Below are positions 61,683 to 64,000 of a stretch of 64,000 bases of DNA, piece after piece. Every line of letters begins with the position of its first letter. The first letter of the stretch is position 1. The stretch comes from Candidatus Latescibacterota bacterium (lineage in GTDB: Bacteria; Latescibacterota; UBA2968; UBA8231): positions 1,544,936-1,608,935 of the forward strand of contig CBDCNM010000002.1 in NCBI GenBank assembly GCA_965219385.1, read 5' to 3'. The notes under the pieces are model-generated. The model had not been told where the DNA came from. It saw only the letters and a list, made by a program, of their open reading frames with translations, and made no database searches. The position numbers were made by a program, and so were the translations under genes.

Positions 61683-62591
61683 ATGATAAAGAAAATTGCC
61701 GCCAGAGTACTGCCCGAACGGGCCTATGGCACGGGAAGACAACTGGTGCGCAAGTACAGACGCTACAAACACCAGGGCCGGCCGAAACTTTCCGAAAGCG
61801 ATTTTTGCAAGATCCTCACCCGCGACCTGGAGGTGCGGGAAGGGGCGGTAGTTTTCGTTCACAGTTCCATTGACCAGATGAATCTGGATTTTCCGTTTTA
61901 TCGCGTTCTATCCACTCTTCGAGACCTCGTGGGAAAAAGCGGCACCATGCTGTTCCCGACCTCCCAGCTTTCCGAAAGGCCGGAAGACTGGTTGCGCCGA
62001 GAAGAGGTATTCGACGTTGGTAAGACCCCTACGACTATGGGGGTCATTGCCGAATTTGCCCGGCGCCAAAAAGGCGCCGTGCGCAGCCTGCATCCAACCA
62101 ACTCCGTGGTGGCCCTGGGAAACCGCGCCAGAGAGCTGGTAGAGGATCACCCCCGATCGATCTATCCTTGCGACCAGCACAGCCCCTTTTATAAAATCGT
62201 GCACTACGATGGTCTCATCATCGGCCTGGGGGTCAGCACCGAGGTCCTGACCTTTGTCCATTGCGTCGAAGACAATTTGCGGGAGCGCTTTCCCGTCGAG
62301 ACCCGACGCCGCGAGCTTTACGCGGGGAGGGTCCTCGACGAAAACGGCTGTGAGCAGATCGTGAAAACCCTGGTCGCGCACAAGAGGATTCGCTGGCGTC
62401 GGGTATCCAGGTACATGCGGCGACACGTTCCAGAAGATATGTGCCGCGATCTAAAGATAGACGGAGTAAACTACTACACCGCCCAATCGAGGGCTCTCTA
62501 CGCAAAAATGGAAGAGCTGGCGATGCGCAACATCACCATCTACTCAAGGCTGGTGTACACCACGCGCCCTTTTGCGCATTTGTCCGGCTAG
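61683..62591 (+). CDS. AAC(3)-family N-acyltransferase
   Basis: VFVHSS, GTMLFPT, MGVIAEFAR, RSLHPTNSVVALG, TFVHCVE. Confidence 0.85.
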   Translation: MIKKIAARVLPERAYGTGRQLVRKYRRYKHQGRPKLSESDFCKILTRDLEVREGAVVFVHSSIDQMNLDFPFYRVLSTLRDLVGKSGTMLFPTSQLSERPEDWLRREEVFDVGKTPTTMGVIAEFARRQKGAVRSLHPTNSVVALGNRARELVEDHPRSIYPCDQHSPFYKIVHYDGLIIGLGVSTEVLTFVHCVEDNLRERFPVETRRRELYAGRVLDENGCEQIVKTLVAHKRIRWRRVSRYMRRHVPEDMCRDLKIDGVNYYTAQSRALYAKMEELAMRNITIYSRLVYTTRPFAHLSG

Positions 62592-62609
62592 GTTGGCAAG
62601 GGAGAAGGC

Positions 62610-62921
62610 GTGGAAAAACGGGAAGATATAATTCAGCTGATTTTTGCCGTGGTCGACCAACTCAATCTGCAGCGCTTCGAAGACCAGCGGCTGGAAAAAT
62701 CGGTGGAGGCCCCTCTCTTCGGCGGGGCGGGCAAGCTGGAATCGCTGGGATTGATAAATCTCATCGTGGGCATAGAGGAAAAGGTGGCGGAGGCGTTCGC
62801 GGTCCCCATCAACCTGGCCGACGAGAGCTCGATCTCTCCCGGGGATAATCCCTTCCAGACCATCGGGTCGCTCGCCGACCACATCGCCGCCTTTTTAAAG
62901 GGCCGATCCGATGCCTCCTGA
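62610..62921 (+). CDS. Acyl carrier protein
   Basis: LFGGAGKLESLGLINLIVGIEE (phosphopantetheine Ser), PFQTIGSLADHI. Confidence 0.8.
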   Translation: MEKREDIIQLIFAVVDQLNLQRFEDQRLEKSVEAPLFGGAGKLESLGLINLIVGIEEKVAEAFAVPINLADESSISPGDNPFQTIGSLADHIAAFLKGRSDAS

Positions 62922-64000
62922 AGCCCGCACCTGTCTGCTGATTGCCGATTTCACCATCGACAATTTTGCCGGGTATCTGAACAACGATAGAGAATCGCCC
63001 GCGGTCGACGCCGTGGTTGCACCGCCCGGGCCGGTGGGGCAAACCCTGGCCCGGCCGCCGACCCAAACCCGGGACATTTGTTGCGTGTGGACCCGGCCAC
63101 AAGGGGCCATCCCTTCGTTTAATAAGCGGCTGATGTACGAAGCAGTCCCCGCAGAACAGATTCTCGAGGAGGTCGACCAGTACGCTGCCCTGCTGCTCGC
63201 CGCCAGCGAAAACTTTCGCTCCTTGTTCGTCCCCACCTGGCAGTTGCCCACCTTTAACCGCGGCTGCGGCATGATCGATATGCGGAGCGAGATCGGCATT
63301 GCCAACACCCTCATGAAAATGAACCTGAGGCTGGCGGACGGCATTGGTGAAGCAACCAATATCTTTCTGTTGAACGCGCAGAAATGGATTGAAGAAGCAG
63401 GTTTCGGCGCGTTTGTGCCAAAACTCTGGTACATGGGCAAGATAGCCTTTGGCGACCAGGTGTTCGCCGCCGCCGCCAAAGACCTGAAAGCGGCCTTGAG
63501 GGGCCTGGGCGGCATGGCCAAGAAATTGCTCGCCGTCGACCTGGACAACACCCTCTGGGGCGATGTGGTGGGCGAGGTGGGCTGGGAAAAAATACGGTTG
63601 GGCGGGCACGACCACGTGGGCGAGGCCTTCGCGGATTTTCAGAAGGCGCTGAAGGCCCTGACCAACCGCGGCATCCTCCTGGGCATAGTGAGCAAAAACG
63701 AGGAGTCCGTAGCCCTGGAAGCCATCCGCAAACACCCGGAGATGATGCTCGGCCTGGACGACTTTTCCGGCTGGAGGATCAACTGGCGGGACAAGGCGCA
63801 AAACCTGGTCGATCTGGTCGCGGAACTCAATATCGGGCTGCACTCGGTCGTTTTCATCGACGACGACCCGGTGGAGCGCACCCGGGTGCGCGAGGCCTTG
63901 CCCGAAGTCATGGTCCCCGAGTGGCCGCAGGATCAAACCCTGTACGCCTCCACTCTAACTGCCCTTCCCTGCTTTGACGCGCCGTCCTTCAGCGCCGAAG
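62911..64000 (+). CDS. FkbH-like HAD-IIIC glyceryl transferase/phosphatase; partial, runs off the window end
   Basis: Read by hand from ATG 62911: MPPEARTCLLIADFTIDNF...KKLLAVDLDNTLWGDVVGE...GIVSKNEE...INWRDKAQN...VFIDDDPVER. Confidence 0.88.
   Translation, partial: MPPEARTCLLIADFTIDNFAGYLNNDRESPAVDAVVAPPGPVGQTLARPPTQTRDICCVWTRPQGAIPSFNKRLMYEAVPAEQILEEVDQYAALLLAASENFRSLFVPTWQLPTFNRGCGMIDMRSEIGIANTLMKMNLRLADGIGEATNIFLLNAQKWIEEAGFGAFVPKLWYMGKIAFGDQVFAAAAKDLKAALRGLGGMAKKLLAVDLDNTLWGDVVGEVGWEKIRLGGHDHVGEAFADFQKALKALTNRGILLGIVSKNEESVALEAIRKHPEMMLGLDDFSGWRINWRDKAQNLVDLVAELNIGLHSVVFIDDDPVERTRVREALPEVMVPEWPQDQTLYASTLTALPCFDAPSFSAE

Noticed and set aside
61683..62591. Aminoglycoside resistance gene
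   Set aside because: The context (ACP, FkbH, Wzx) points to biosynthesis, and no mobile element is adjacent.

Overview
This looks like a GC-rich bacterial chromosome segment. Its many Fe(II)/2OG PhyH paralogues and a C25/FlgD-type giant protein resemble Latescibacterota-like or sponge-symbiont genomes, which is an inference. Bases 1-13.6 kb hold a visibly lower-GC, minus-strand type III-D (III-Dv-like) CRISPR-Cas interference locus. In transcription order it reads: cas6, an acyltransferase remnant, a CARF(NE0113/Cami1-like)-sigma54 enhancer-binding-protein fusion, ykvA/DUF1232, cold-shock-domain-Cas7(insertion), a CARF-nuclease, cas10 (GGDD intact, no HD), cas7-cas5-cas11 split by a 905-bp IS5-family element, and cas7-cas7 running off the window. 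The main finding lies between the activator and the cas operon. That interval holds a near-perfect sigma54 -24/-12 promoter (TGGCACGCGGATTGCA), an IHF-like site and two TGCAA-N2-TTGCA palindromes 20 bp apart. Together they suggest a cyclic-oligoadenylate-sensing sigma54 activator that drives the operon encoding its own signal synthase, a feedback-regulated type III CRISPR system. No CRISPR array or cas1/cas2 is visible in the window. The rest is metabolic: PhyH dioxygenases (two with non-canonical iron ligands), an RND-MFP-TolC pump, hemF, gltA, a TonB receptor with a PQQ dehydrogenase, a B12 radical SAM enzyme, a gingipain-like protein, several in-frame internally deleted gene remnants, and the start of a polysaccharide-modification locus (Wzx, AAC(3)-like, ACP, FkbH).
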